Source: an uncultured Phycisphaera sp.
GTDB lineage: Bacteria; Planctomycetota; Phycisphaerae; UBA1845
DNA: 64,000 nt
Assembly (NCBI GenBank): GCA_964501365.1
Contig: CAZCST010000030.1
Coordinates: 132,153 to 196,152, forward strand
Reading direction: 5' to 3'
The notes under the pieces are model-generated. The model was not told the DNA's origin and made no database searches. It saw only the letters and a list, made by a program, of their open reading frames with translations. The translations under genes were made by a program, and so were the position numbers. This document shows positions 56,200 through 64,000 of the stretch, piece after piece (positions within the stretch are counted from its first letter, which is position 1; each line of letters opens with the position of its first letter).

Positions 56200-57336
56200 T
56201 TACATTGGCTGATTCATTATCGTTTGCAAGGTCAGCACCGCATAGGCCGTCACCAGATACGGATTCGACTCCATCCAACGGTCGGCCTCGTTGTACCAGC
56301 TTCCATCCTTACGCTGAAGTGAAAGCAACGCGCCAGTCAGTTCATTTCGCCAGGGATGCCTTACGCCCGCCGCATCGGTGATCGTCTCTTCGCCCCAGGC
56401 AGACATCGCCTTTCCAAATACAAAGAAATAGTAGTAGAGCCCCTGTTTTGATTGCTCGCCGGGCATGTTGGGGTTGTGGTCCAGCGTGTAATTGCGGCGA
56501 ATCCAATCGACCGCCCCTTTCACGCGAGGGTCATCGCGATCGACTTTCGCATACAACATGCTCTTAAACGCGGCATACGTCATCGTGCCGTAGGTACGCA
56601 GCTGCGGCCGCTCGCCGATGGTCTCGGTTCCGGCCATGGACTCGCCACCGTTGGCGGGAGTGTATACAAATCCGCCGTCTTCCGATCCCTTCGCGAACGC
56701 TTGGTCATTTGTTTTGCCCAGCATCTGGCAGCGCTCAATGAAAACGAGCGCCTTTTTATACGCCGGGTCGTCCGCTGGCAGGCCGCTCTCGTGCAGAGCC
56801 TCAATCATCATCTGCGTATTGGAAAGGTCCGGCCGCTTGCCCCGCCCATACCCCTGCCCGCCGTACCAGGGGCTGTCTTTTTCGTAACCTTCTTCTTCAT
56901 CCCACTGAAGTTTCTTGAGAAAATCCTGGGCGGACGTAATTGCCTTTCGGTCCGCCGTATCTTTCATCGTAGCCAACATCATGAGTGCAACACTCGTATG
57001 GTAGTTCTTATGTCCGTCCTCTTCGCGGTAAATGCCGCCATCAGGCTGGGCGAACTTCAAGACGTATTCCAGCCCGCGCTTCACCGCCGGATGATTCGGA
57101 CCGTACTTGGGGTCCTGGGCCAGCGCCTTGACGACCAGAGCCGAAACGGCCGGATGCGATTTCCCAGAAACTTCCCAGCCGCCGTCGGCAGCCTGGGAGG
57201 CGGCAAGGTATGCCAGTGCTTTGGCGACGGCATCATTAGCTCGAACCGCCACGGCGGAATCGAGAGTGGTGGTCTGCGGTTCAAGAACTGCACATAGCGC
57301 GATGAGAATCGAAGCGAACATTGGCACACCTTTCAA
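56200..57336 (-). CDS. Secreted prenyltransferase / squalene-oxidase-repeat (alpha-alpha toroid) protein
   Basis: Signal peptide. Repeated QxxDGGW-type motifs (QAADGGWEV, QPDGGIYRE, SEDGGFVY, RKDGSWYN). Confidence 0.65.
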   Translation of the reverse strand: MKGVPMFASILIALCAVLEPQTTTLDSAVAVRANDAVAKALAYLAASQAADGGWEVSGKSHPAVSALVVKALAQDPKYGPNHPAVKRGLEYVLKFAQPDGGIYREEDGHKNYHTSVALMMLATMKDTADRKAITSAQDFLKKLQWDEEEGYEKDSPWYGGQGYGRGKRPDLSNTQMMIEALHESGLPADDPAYKKALVFIERCQMLGKTNDQAFAKGSEDGGFVYTPANGGESMAGTETIGERPQLRTYGTMTYAAFKSMLYAKVDRDDPRVKGAVDWIRRNYTLDHNPNMPGEQSKQGLYYYFFVFGKAMSAWGEETITDAAGVRHPWRNELTGALLSLQRKDGSWYNEADRWMESNPYLVTAYAVLTLQTIMNQPM

Positions 57337-57419
57337 TTCGTTCCCGTGTTTGGAACAACTACGTTCACCTTGGTTAGATCATACCTTTGAATCATAGCAA
57401 CGTCATCGGCTTGAACTTG

Positions 57420-58010
57420 TCATGGTTCATAGTGTTTGAGCCGATCGAGCCGCTTTTGCCGGAATTCTTCGAGAATCTCCGGCGTCGCGACGTTTTGATC
57501 GGGCGGAGGTGGAAACTTCCGCAGAATACCTGCGCTATGCCCGGCGAGCAGGAACAACACTGCGGCCATGCCAGCCAAGGCAAACACCAACAAGGCGGAA
57601 ATGACCCGGCCGAGTGCAACCACATAGGCGACGGACACAATCAGGTAACAGGTCGCCAGCAGGCCGCTTGCGGCCATCGCAACACGACCGCTGCCGGGGC
57701 GCTCGCCCTGGAGACCCAATCCCACCGCGAGAAGCCCGAGGCCACCGACGAATGTCAGCAGCAACGCTATCGTCATCAACGCCGAGGGAAGGTGCTCTTC
57801 GTGGAAAAACCCATTCCATTGAGATTGCGGCGCCGCGGCCTTGGGCACCGTCCACGCCGAAATGAGCCACACGACACAAGCCATGAACACAAAGAGTCCG
57901 CCGACGGATTGAAACACTGCGCCGCTGCCTATGACAAATGCACGGGGGGAGGCCACCGGCTCGGGCGGTTGGGAGTAGTCGTCACCGCGTTGTTGGTTCA
58001 TCTGCTCCAC
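57420..58010 (-). CDS. Hypothetical 4-TM membrane protein
   Basis: Hydrophobic helices. C-terminal cytoplasmic tail PPPPDQNVATPEILEEFRQKRLDRLKHYEP. Confidence 0.45.
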   Translation of the reverse strand: MEQMNQQRGDDYSQPPEPVASPRAFVIGSGAVFQSVGGLFVFMACVVWLISAWTVPKAAAPQSQWNGFFHEEHLPSALMTIALLLTFVGGLGLLAVGLGLQGERPGSGRVAMAASGLLATCYLIVSVAYVVALGRVISALLVFALAGMAAVLFLLAGHSAGILRKFPPPPDQNVATPEILEEFRQKRLDRLKHYEP

Positions 58011-58019
58011 GGGACGTTA

Positions 58020-59252
58020 TCATACTGCAACGGATGAATCACGCGCCGGCAGGGATGATCCATACGTCGTTCGCCGCCATGTCGTGCGGGTCAGGCCAAA
58101 TGATTTCAAGAGTGCATTGAGCAGCATCGCAGAATTCACTGCAACCGCGATTCCATAGAAAAGCGACCAGAATAGTCCGTAGCCCAGTGCAAAATAGAGC
58201 CTCGCCGTGACCAACTGAATTAACAGGACAACGCCCCCCCACATCGCGGCTGCCCGCCACCACGCGGGATCGCCGCCGGCCAGCGCAACCAGGAAAGCAA
58301 TGACAAGACTAACATAGGGAAACATTCCGCCCACAAGCGTCAGAGCAAACGCAGCCGCAATACGCGAGGGCCTTTCAAAGCAGCCATAAAAAATCCTGCT
58401 CCAACCGTGAAAACCGGCGCGAAATGATTCGTACATACGAACTTCGTAAAGGCTCTTGTTTTCCATGACCCGCAGTCGCTGCCCGCGCGCCTTGGCAAGG
58501 GCCGCCATGTGCATGTCCTCATTGATTTTGTCGCGCACGGCTTCGTGACCGCCAATGGCGTTGTAACACGTCCGGCTCATGAGCATGAACGCGCCGTTGG
58601 CATAGGCGGTCGGGAGTGAGGGATTATTCACCCGCGCGGGCCGAAACCAGACCATGAGAATCGTCGCACAAATCGGTTGGACAATCCGCTCCCACAACGC
58701 GCGACGCTCCAGGTTTGGCAGCAACGATAGAAAATCCGTCTTTCGAGACAACACCTCGTTCATGGCGAGCGAAAGGGTCTTGCGCGAGGTCTGACGACAA
58801 TCGGCATCGGTAAAAAGCAGCCAGTCTCCCGTCGCAGCTTCCATCCCCACTCGTACGGCGTTGTGTTTGCCAAACCATCCCGGCGGTAGAGTCTCGACAC
58901 GCATCATATGCAGACGATTTGCGTAGTCAGAAGTGAGGCGATTGAGAATGGCAGGAGTGCGGTCCGTGCTGCGGTCGTCAACAACGATCAACTCAAAATT
59001 CGGATAGTCCTGATCGAGCAGACTCACCACACAAGCTTCAATGTTTTTCTCTTCATCCTTGCCCGCCACGACGATGGAGATCTTCGGAGCCTGCATCGGA
59101 GCGCCATCGAAACTGCCTTCATGCAGGAATTCGCGAACGCGGAGTGCGGATTCGACGGCAAATACACGGACGATCCAAAGCAAACCTAGCAGGACAGCCA
59201 GACACGTCCACAAACCAAAGAAGATCAAATGAAAACTCCAAGCCCCAGGCAT
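58020..59252 (-). CDS. Family 2 glycosyltransferase with an N-terminal TM and C-terminal TM bundle (processive-synthase-like topology)
   Basis: ISIVVAGKDEEKNIEACVVSLLDQDYPNFELIVVDDRSTDRT, LFTDADC, followed by several C-terminal TM helices. Confidence 0.75.
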   Translation of the reverse strand: MPGAWSFHLIFFGLWTCLAVLLGLLWIVRVFAVESALRVREFLHEGSFDGAPMQAPKISIVVAGKDEEKNIEACVVSLLDQDYPNFELIVVDDRSTDRTPAILNRLTSDYANRLHMMRVETLPPGWFGKHNAVRVGMEAATGDWLLFTDADCRQTSRKTLSLAMNEVLSRKTDFLSLLPNLERRALWERIVQPICATILMVWFRPARVNNPSLPTAYANGAFMLMSRTCYNAIGGHEAVRDKINEDMHMAALAKARGQRLRVMENKSLYEVRMYESFRAGFHGWSRIFYGCFERPSRIAAAFALTLVGGMFPYVSLVIAFLVALAGGDPAWWRAAAMWGGVVLLIQLVTARLYFALGYGLFWSLFYGIAVAVNSAMLLNALLKSFGLTRTTWRRTTYGSSLPARDSSVAV

Positions 59253-59326
59253 TTCTCATGGCCTGAAGGCTTGGAGTATAGCAATTGAATCCGTATCGAC
59301 GAATCCCTCCCCCAGAGAGGATCCGA

Positions 59327-59938
59327 CTATAGCTCCACCTGCAACCGTCGCACTTCCGCGATCTGATAGAAGCAACTCATCACCGTCGGCACCAGAAGCA
59401 CGAACGGAACCACGATGACGCTGTTGCGAGCCAGAGCATTGACCGTTCCATAGAACGAGTGAAGCGACATCATCCATGTCGCAACGCCGGACATGAGCAG
59501 CACCGCGCCGAGGAACGCCGTGACGAAAATCACAACCCGCTGCTTGCCCAGGAATGAAAATCCCGTGAAGGCGACAAATGCCGCTCCGCAAAGCGACCAG
59601 TGCATGATATCATTGAGCGAGATTCGGCTCAGGTAGAAATGCGAAATACCCGCACCGATCAGCCCGCCCAGGACGGCGACCGCCTGATGCACGGGAAACG
59701 CACTCACCACCGCCAGGATAATCGCGCCGGCAATGGCAAAAACCACCTGCTGTTCGCTTTGCCCGGCCACGATCGCGCCGAGCACCCCGCCGATCAGGCC
59801 GTACGCGAGGATGACCGTCACCTTCCACATCCGCCATCCGAAAAGCATCAAGGACAGGCCGAAGATCACCAGCGGGAAGCCCATCGTGCTGTCGGAACTT
59901 CTGAGGAACTCCACCCAATCATTTACGGAAGTGATCAA
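59327..59938 (-). CDS. Hypothetical multi-pass membrane protein (DUF4203-like by resemblance)
   Basis: 6-7 TM. N-terminal block VIFGLSLMLFGWRMWKVTVILAYGLIGGVLG resembles LILLTFGIGLSVLGAKFARFALTTSFVIAGGVLG of the neighbouring gene. Confidence 0.45.
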   Translation of the reverse strand: MITSVNDWVEFLRSSDSTMGFPLVIFGLSLMLFGWRMWKVTVILAYGLIGGVLGAIVAGQSEQQVVFAIAGAIILAVVSAFPVHQAVAVLGGLIGAGISHFYLSRISLNDIMHWSLCGAAFVAFTGFSFLGKQRVVIFVTAFLGAVLLMSGVATWMMSLHSFYGTVNALARNSVIVVPFVLLVPTVMSCFYQIAEVRRLQVEL

Positions 59939-60157
59939 GTCTCAACTCCTTCACAGGCCAGTGCGCAAGCCAGGCGATCGGCGGGCAATTGACCTTCGCA
60001 AACAGGAAGATCAGGCAGGCCACACCCAAAGGGTACGATATCGCCGCTGATCGATGGATCAGACTTGCTGGTTGATTATGAGACTATCGAGGAGGTGCGA
60101 GAACCCCCGATCCAGAGGCTCTTTGAGATCAGGCCATACGCCTTTGATAAACTTCTT

Positions 60158-61027
60158 CTAGCCGTCAGCTGGCTTTTTTCCGACCGTGGATTTTCGCATG
60201 AGCATCGTTTGAAGCAAAAGCGACGTTGCGAGAAAGGCCGCGACCCCCAGCCCGATGATTCGCGGATTACTCTCAATGGACGAATACGCACTGGGCACTG
60301 AATTCGCCAGCAGCGTTGCAACGCCGGAGACAACCAGAGCCGTTCCGAAAAGTGATGTCGAAATAATCAACGAGGGTCGAACCGCCATCAACCCAAGACA
60401 CAAACCACCCAGCGCGGTCAATATGGCCAGCGCCTGCGTATTTCGAGCGATGTTCGGGTCACGCTCCGTCAGAAACTTCCAGAAATTCGAAAACCAGATG
60501 CTGGGGTCGCGGTTCACATACTTCGCTTGTTCTTCCGGCGAAGGTATGGCGAATTCGGTTTCGCCCGCCAGGGCACCTTCTCCGAAGGCCGGCAAAGTCG
60601 TATCCGTATATTCTGCAAGATGCGGCAGGACGGTTTTGGCGCTGAAGCCGCTGACGACAAACGCCGAAACCAACATGGCGATGGCAACGCCAACCCAAAG
60701 CCGAAATGTTTGAAAACCAATAAGGCCAACGAGCACCGCTCCAATCGGCACGCAAATGGCTCGATGAAAGTCAAAGGCAAATGCAAAGCGATCACCCAAC
60801 ACTCCGCCGGCGATGACAAAGGACGTTGTAAGCGCAAACCGTGCGAATTTCGCACCCAGGACACTGAGCCCGATGCCAAACGTCAGCAAAATCAGCGCCA
60901 CCGGCACTGCCCCCGTAGGCATCTTCTCGGGCGCGTGTTGAATCGTAAAAAGCCGCAACTGGTCCAGAATCGATGCTACCTGATCCATGATCGTCCTCAT
61001 TTCATCCAAGGTGACGACCTCTCTCAA
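60158..61027 (-). CDS. Hypothetical multi-pass membrane protein, distant paralog of 59327-59938 with an inserted soluble loop
   Basis: See the previous entry. Central loop HLAEYTDTTLPAFGEGALAGETEFAIPSPEEQAKYVNRDPSIWFSNFWKFL. Confidence 0.45.
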   Translation of the reverse strand: MREVVTLDEMRTIMDQVASILDQLRLFTIQHAPEKMPTGAVPVALILLTFGIGLSVLGAKFARFALTTSFVIAGGVLGDRFAFAFDFHRAICVPIGAVLVGLIGFQTFRLWVGVAIAMLVSAFVVSGFSAKTVLPHLAEYTDTTLPAFGEGALAGETEFAIPSPEEQAKYVNRDPSIWFSNFWKFLTERDPNIARNTQALAILTALGGLCLGLMAVRPSLIISTSLFGTALVVSGVATLLANSVPSAYSSIESNPRIIGLGVAAFLATSLLLQTMLMRKSTVGKKPADG

Positions 61028-61138
61028 TACCCAAGCGTTCGGCCACGGCGACTATCTTTGACCGCGTCCTGAACTCTAGATCGGTTCGCCACCCGGTGAT
61101 TCTAGCACATATTCGGGCAACTGGATGCAATATTTCGT

Positions 61139-62032
61139 CTATCCGGGGATATGAAACCTGTCAGGAAACGTCGAAATATCGATGATGGGGTGCCCGGCAT
61201 CAGCCCGGCCGGTCTGGGCGAAGTTCTGCCGCAAAAGCGCCAGCTTTTGCGGGGCGAGGTTTTCCTCGACCTCATATCCCGGGGCTGATCCCCACCGGAT
61301 GCGGCCTCCATCGCGATCGGTGAGCAGTTCGACGTGCGTACTGCGGGCATTCTTTCTGCCGGAGAAATTCACCACATTCACGCCGGTGATTTGAGCGCGA
61401 AACGGCTCGGGGCGCAATGCGGCCAGAATCGAAATGCCGGCCTGCAGGTCGGGAGCCGCCCACCGCTCGCCCACCTTGGGGGCCGGCGAATCCACACCAT
61501 TGATCACGTACCAGCGCGGATGGTAGACGTACAAACCGGGCAGGCGTACGCCTTGCGCATCCACCAACACATAATCGTTCCTGGGAACGCCGACGAGGGC
61601 GAACGGCAGTCTGTACCTGGCCTTGATCTCGAATCGTCCCGCAATCGTTCGCTGGACAGAATCCACTGCGTCGATCCAACCGATTCCGGCAAGCCGCTCG
61701 GCGATTTGGCGACACAGATCAGGCTCGGTCCAAGGTCGCTCAAGCAGATCGGCAATACCGCCGCGAAGATCGCCCCCGGCCAGAGCCATCAGGCCTTCCG
61801 GAAGATCCAAAAACTCCACCGTTGCAGCCGGGCTGCGCGCCAGTAATGTCTGATTGAGATGTTCATCAAATGCAGCGATGGACCGCGATCCGGTCAGCAC
61901 CAGAGCAGCCAAAGACGCAACGCAAATGGTGTACCATAGCGGACGTCGAAGTTTCTGCCATGAAATAGCACTGAGAATACCGCCGCCTTTTGCGCCGCGA
62001 TTGGAGGATTGGCTCTTGCGTTTACGGGACAT
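61139..62032 (-). CDS. ftsQ: Cell division protein FtsQ/DivIB-like (basic N-tail, TM, POTRA + FtsQ domain)
   Basis: Position immediately after ddl. TM LWYTICVASLAALVL. POTRA-like IAERLAGIGWIDAVDSVQRTIAGRFEIKARYRLPFALV. C-terminal IIDISTFPDRFHIP. Confidence 0.65.
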   Translation of the reverse strand: MSRKRKSQSSNRGAKGGGILSAISWQKLRRPLWYTICVASLAALVLTGSRSIAAFDEHLNQTLLARSPAATVEFLDLPEGLMALAGGDLRGGIADLLERPWTEPDLCRQIAERLAGIGWIDAVDSVQRTIAGRFEIKARYRLPFALVGVPRNDYVLVDAQGVRLPGLYVYHPRWYVINGVDSPAPKVGERWAAPDLQAGISILAALRPEPFRAQITGVNVVNFSGRKNARSTHVELLTDRDGGRIRWGSAPGYEVEENLAPQKLALLRQNFAQTGRADAGHPIIDISTFPDRFHIPG

Positions 62033-62044
62033 ATCCGGCCTGCC

Positions 62045-63022
62045 TTAGTCGAATGATAGCTCGATGATTCGCTGACAGAGCTGATCGAAGCTCATGCCGA
62101 TACGGGCGGCGGCCTTTGGCAGCAGTGAATGGCTCGTAAAACCGGGGATCGTGTTCACTTCGAGAATGAACGGTTCCAGCGTGTTTCGATCCACCATGCA
62201 GTCCACGCGGGAAAAGACTCGACAACGTAGCGCGCGATGGGCTTCCAGGCTCAGCTTCTGAATCTTCTTGAGCAATTCCGCCGGGTAATCCAGGTCGAAG
62301 ACATACTGCGTGTCATCGTCGATGTACTTGGCCTGATAATCGTAGAATTCCCGCTTGGTTCGAATTTCGCAAACGGGAAGCGGCGTGTCACCGAGGATTC
62401 CAACGGTGAATTCGTACCCGCTGATGTATTGTTCAACGAGTGCTTCGCCGTAGCGATCCACCACGAGAGGCGCCGCCGCGCGCAGCGCCTGCGATGTGTG
62501 AACGATACTCGTGTCCACACTGCTTCCCGAAGCGACCGGCTTGATCACTGCTGGAAGGCGAACATCCGCCAAAGCGTAGTTGATGTTCGTGGGGTCAATG
62601 ACTTCGAATTGCGGCGTGGGAATCCCCGCACGAACAAACCGCCGCTTGGCCTCCACCTTGTTCATTGCCACGCGAGAGGCCGCCTCATCGGAGCCACAGT
62701 AACGCAAACCGCGCGCTTCGAGTTCGGCCTGCAAAACGCCGTCTTCGCCAAATTCGCCATGCAAAGCGATGAACACAAAATCCGCCGGAAGGTCAAGCGC
62801 GGATAAGTCATCCGGGCCAATGTCGCGCACCGTCACTTCGTGACCCAGTCGCTTGAGAGCCGCCTGAACCGCCTGCCCGCTGTTCAAGCTGACCTCTCGC
62901 TCCATTCCCGGCCCGCCGGACAAGACAAGTATCCGCAGCGAGTCAAGACTTTTCGGTTGAGGTTTCGTTCCAACCGCTGATGTCTTGGATGTCCTTATTG
63001 CCTTCATTATGATTCGATCCAA
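62045..63022 (-). CDS. ddl: D-alanine--D-alanine ligase
   Basis: LRILVLSGGPGMEREVSLNSG, ALHGEFGEDGVLQAELE, ATP-grasp motifs, LEVNTIPG. Confidence 0.9.
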   Translation of the reverse strand: MDRIIMKAIRTSKTSAVGTKPQPKSLDSLRILVLSGGPGMEREVSLNSGQAVQAALKRLGHEVTVRDIGPDDLSALDLPADFVFIALHGEFGEDGVLQAELEARGLRYCGSDEAASRVAMNKVEAKRRFVRAGIPTPQFEVIDPTNINYALADVRLPAVIKPVASGSSVDTSIVHTSQALRAAAPLVVDRYGEALVEQYISGYEFTVGILGDTPLPVCEIRTKREFYDYQAKYIDDDTQYVFDLDYPAELLKKIQKLSLEAHRALRCRVFSRVDCMVDRNTLEPFILEVNTIPGFTSHSLLPKAAARIGMSFDQLCQRIIELSFD

Positions 63023-63028
63023 TATTTG

Positions 63029-63931
63029 TTACGCCGCGTGGCCGCTGGGCCGCCAGATTTCAATTTCTGTTTCCAATTCCGTGTCGAATTCCCGCAACAC
63101 CCGCTCGCGCACGAAATCAATCAAATGCAACACATCGGAAGCGGTCGCCCCCGATCGGGCCACAATAAAATTCGCATGGACGGACGAAACTTCTGCCGCG
63201 CCGATTCGCGACCCCTTCAATCCGGCCTGGTCAATGAGTGCGCCGGCGGGTTTGATCGACGGATTCTTGAAAATGCATCCCGCGCTGTGTTCCGCCAGCG
63301 GCTGCGTCCGTTGCTTGCGCTCCAGATGTTTACGAAAGGAATCTCTGACCCTTCTTGGGTCGCCCTCTTCGAGTTTCAACGTAGCGCCAAGGATGATTTC
63401 TGCGCGATCCAGACTGGTATGGCGATATCGAAAGCCGATTTGCTCGTGGCTGCGTACTTCGACATTCTTTTCGGGAGTCAATACTCGAATGCTCTCCACC
63501 ACGTCGCCGAATTCACACGCCGGACCGCCCGCGTTCATACGAACCGCCCCGCCGATCGTCGCGGGAATCCCCGCCAATCCTTCAATCCCTGAAAGACCCT
63601 CACGGCTGCAGCGCCGAACCAGCGGCATCAGATCAACACCCGCGCCAACTTCAAGTCGCTCACCGCTGCGCCGCACGCGCCGGAATTCCTCGGAGTCCAG
63701 CCGGACCACGACACCGTCAAAGCCGTCGTCGGAGACCAGCACATTCGCCCCGCGTCCCAGCACCTTGACGCCAACGTTTGCGTTAGCGGCGCGATGCAGA
63801 AACGAAGCAAGCTGGTCCGCCTCACGCGGCTGAAACAGATACCGTGCCCGCCCCCCCAGCCGGAACCACGTGCTGGTCCCGAGAGGTGCGTCGCACGTCA
63901 CCTGGTCGGCAAAATCGCTCCACCAGTTCAT
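63029..63931 (-). CDS. murB: UDP-N-acetylenolpyruvoylglucosamine reductase
   Basis: TWFRLGGRARYLFQP, VLGRGANVLVSD, AGCIFKNP. The alternative GTG start at 63901 would shorten the overlap with murC. Confidence 0.88.
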   Translation of the reverse strand: MNWWSDFADQVTCDAPLGTSTWFRLGGRARYLFQPREADQLASFLHRAANANVGVKVLGRGANVLVSDDGFDGVVVRLDSEEFRRVRRSGERLEVGAGVDLMPLVRRCSREGLSGIEGLAGIPATIGGAVRMNAGGPACEFGDVVESIRVLTPEKNVEVRSHEQIGFRYRHTSLDRAEIILGATLKLEEGDPRRVRDSFRKHLERKQRTQPLAEHSAGCIFKNPSIKPAGALIDQAGLKGSRIGAAEVSSVHANFIVARSGATASDVLHLIDFVRERVLREFDTELETEIEIWRPSGHAA

Positions 63932-64000
63932 CGGCCACTTTCCAAACGTCGCCCGCGCCCATGGTCATCACCAGATCGCCCGCGACCAACCGTTGCGCCA
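63822..64000 (-). CDS. murC: UDP-N-acetylmuramate--L-alanine ligase, C-terminal fragment (5' part outside the window)
   Basis: Minus-strand frame reads AQRLVAGDLVMTMGAGDVWKVADELVERF..., typical of a Mur ligase C-terminus, and the position upstream of murB fits. The frame stays open to TGA at 63824-63822, overlapping murB by 110 nt. Confidence 0.55.
   Translation of the reverse strand, partial: AQRLVAGDLVMTMGAGDVWKVADELVERFCRPGDVRRTSRDQHVVPAGGAGTVSVSAA

Overview
GC-rich, gene-dense chromosomal window with about 60 protein genes and one tRNA. I saw no rRNA, CRISPR array, integrase or transposase. By inference only, it looks planctomycete-like: two groEL paralogs flank groES, two proteins carry dockerin-like C-terminal modules, there is an HzsA-like heme protein, the dcw genes stop after ftsQ, and REP-like hairpins are abundant. 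Left to right: a heme-rich operon (nt 1-7294); RidA; a hypothetical/TPM/LemA/membrane-protein operon; tRNA-Leu(UAA) followed by a compositionally atypical islet (secreted dockerin-like protein, polysaccharide deacetylase, methyltransferase, GNAT); purF; a chaperone supercluster (groEL-groES-groEL-dnaJ-grpE plus two zinc-ribbon genes); bacterioferritin-like, PD40 propeller, cyclophilin, orphan ABC ATPase, PDZ-hydrolase, bamA, tadA, arsC; a c-di-GMP locus (PilZ gene, candidate riboswitch, TadG/vWA gene); a His-rich metal transporter pair; formyltransferase and GNAT; ECF sigma/anti-sigma; dtd, TauE, S9 peptidase, pruA; sugar dehydrogenase with diheme cytochrome c; S8 protease; envelope membrane proteins with a GT2; ftsQ-ddl-murB-murC. 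The most notable observations are: (1) a translationally coupled operon whose domain inventory mirrors hydrazine synthase (HzsA-like protein plus propeller-CCP/MauG fusion) next to a hexaheme cytochrome; (2) a previously unannotated c-di-GMP-I riboswitch candidate with a 10-nt anti-RBS complement, between a PilZ gene and a TadG/vWA gene; (3) intergenic spacers built from phased 8-nt and 7-nt word arrays, including a bipartite (CCTTGAAC)n-(CCTATNC)n element present twice; (4) a mosaic low-GC/high-GC secreted-protein gene next to tRNA-Leu with an in-frame REP copy. All functional calls come from motif recognition by eye. No database search, HMM or folding program was run.
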